DNA of 47,727 nucleotides from Perkinsus olseni (Eukaryota): NCBI GenBank assembly GCA_013115125.1, contig JABANN010000245.1, positions 1 to 47,727 of the forward strand, read 5' to 3'. Shown piece by piece: positions 46,467 to 47,727 of this stretch (position 1 is its first letter; each line of letters starts with the position of its first letter). The notes under the pieces were generated by a model. It saw only the letters and a program-made list of their open reading frames with translations, ran no database searches and was not told where the DNA came from. The position numbers and the translations under genes were made by a program.

Positions 46467-46733
46467 TGAGTGCTGCTAGTTGGCCTGCTCCTTTACAATC
46501 CTCGAACCGGATATCCTAGTATTCGCCAGAGGCTCACCGAAAAGAAAGCACAACCAGCGAGAGCCGATCTTGTATTGCAGTACTCGTTCGACTCAGCTGC
46601 CGCGCGACACACTGGCCCGCACTTTAGTTAGGATCTCTTCTCTCCGCTAGCCCCAATCGCCTGGCATCGTCAACTCATCAACACTACAAACAGCACAGGG
46701 TGATTACATCAACAGCACATGATTAACAACAGG

Positions 46734-47657
46734 CTATATCAGGGCGCTGCCGCCGCTCTCGTCCGCAAAGGGGAGGCTCTCATCTGCCCTTCGCCTCCTG
46801 TTCCTCCGACCTCGTGAGATGCTGGGGTCAGGTATCGCGATGGTTCGATCCCTTTCAGGCTCTTTCGCCTCTGATGCAAGCGAAATTCCGTTAATGAACT
46901 CTTCCATGTTATCTGGCAACTCGGCTATGGTCTCTTTCGGGTCGTCCTTTGCGGCGGCGATGATGTCATCATCCGTGCTCAGATGGGGCCCTCGTTCATC
47001 CATGAAAAGGTCCTCCTCTTTCAGCAGATGTTCACAAAAAGCGTGAACAAAATACTTGCTAGCATTGTTAATGCCATAGTATTTGACCGGCCTCGGCAGT
47101 GCTCTATACAAAATCATCACCGCACGATTCAGGGAGGCATCGCTATCGGGCGGCGCGATGATCCTCATCCCGTGACGATAGCTGAGGTTGGCCCAGGAAA
47201 AGAGGGCGCCATCGTCGTACACCGTGGGGAAGAGCCTGGCACGCACTATCAGAAAATTTCAACTCATACAGGTTCACCTATAAGCGTAGCTTCTCTTGAG
47301 CGGCTTCAAAGGAGTAGGAGAATCACTGAACGAGATCTCTCAACAGTCGACACGACCGTTCGCCTTACAACGATGGACAGGTGGCCGAGTACAGTTCCAG
47401 CACGCCCTCTCCCTCCTTGGTGAGACCATACTGGCTCTCAATGAGAAAGCGGACCTCATATTTATCATCGCGAACAGCGCCACCTTCTACCTGCGATCCA
47501 AGAGCATGCGATATCCTTCCAAAACGCGGTTTGCCTGATGTACCCTCAGCTCCTCAACAGGCGGTCTGCGACCGTAGAGGGAAAGATATTGCTCATACCA
47601 ATCGAAGTCGCGGTCGCTCCCAACACCAGCGTCTTCCGGAAACAAGCTGCCCGCCTG
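46734..47657 (-). CDS. 3' exons of a hypothetical gene entering from beyond the window end
   Basis: 170-aa terminal ORF plus an upstream exon that begins after a (GTT)n-gcag acceptor. Confidence 0.55.
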
Positions 47658-47658
47658 C

Positions 47659-47726
<68 letters not shown>

Positions 47727-47727
47727 C
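47658..47727 (+). repeat. (CAA)n microsatellite, truncated by the window edge
   Basis: Read directly. Confidence 0.98.

Noticed and set aside
47487-47726. Poly-Leu signal-peptide-like ORF start
   Set aside because: Translation of an intronic (GTT)n microsatellite ending in a gcag acceptor.

Overview
Gene-dense eukaryotic DNA with many short (~50-80 nt) GT-AG introns. The gene structure and a lineage-specific secreted-protein family suggest a Perkinsus-like alveolate; this is an inference and was not checked by search. Recognisable genes: a Cep70-like coiled-coil protein, CTNNBL1, two glutathione S-transferases, two intronless paralogues carrying a degenerate GT8 fold, an NHE8-like Na+/H+ exchanger, a probable KNL1/Spc105 kinetochore scaffold, EEF2KMT/FAM86, a tandem-BRCT protein, an RRM protein, an acylated PDZ protein, a Cid1/TUTase-type nucleotidyltransferase and an ARP4-like actin-related protein. 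Two tRNA-Thr genes each sit inside an enlarged intron of a protein gene. The first ~14 kb is an accessory region holding a secreted-protein family (intact and decayed copies) and a 1.3-kb non-autonomous TIR element with an 8-bp TSD. The strongest unexplained signal is a stereotyped 22-bp scar (8-mer, inverted copy, 8-mer, with both junction bases complemented). It occurs as nine perfect copies of unrelated sequence and matches hairpin-type (hAT-like) excision footprints; collapsing two of them restores the reading frame of a secreted-protein pseudogene. Coordinates of spliced genes were read by eye and are approximate.
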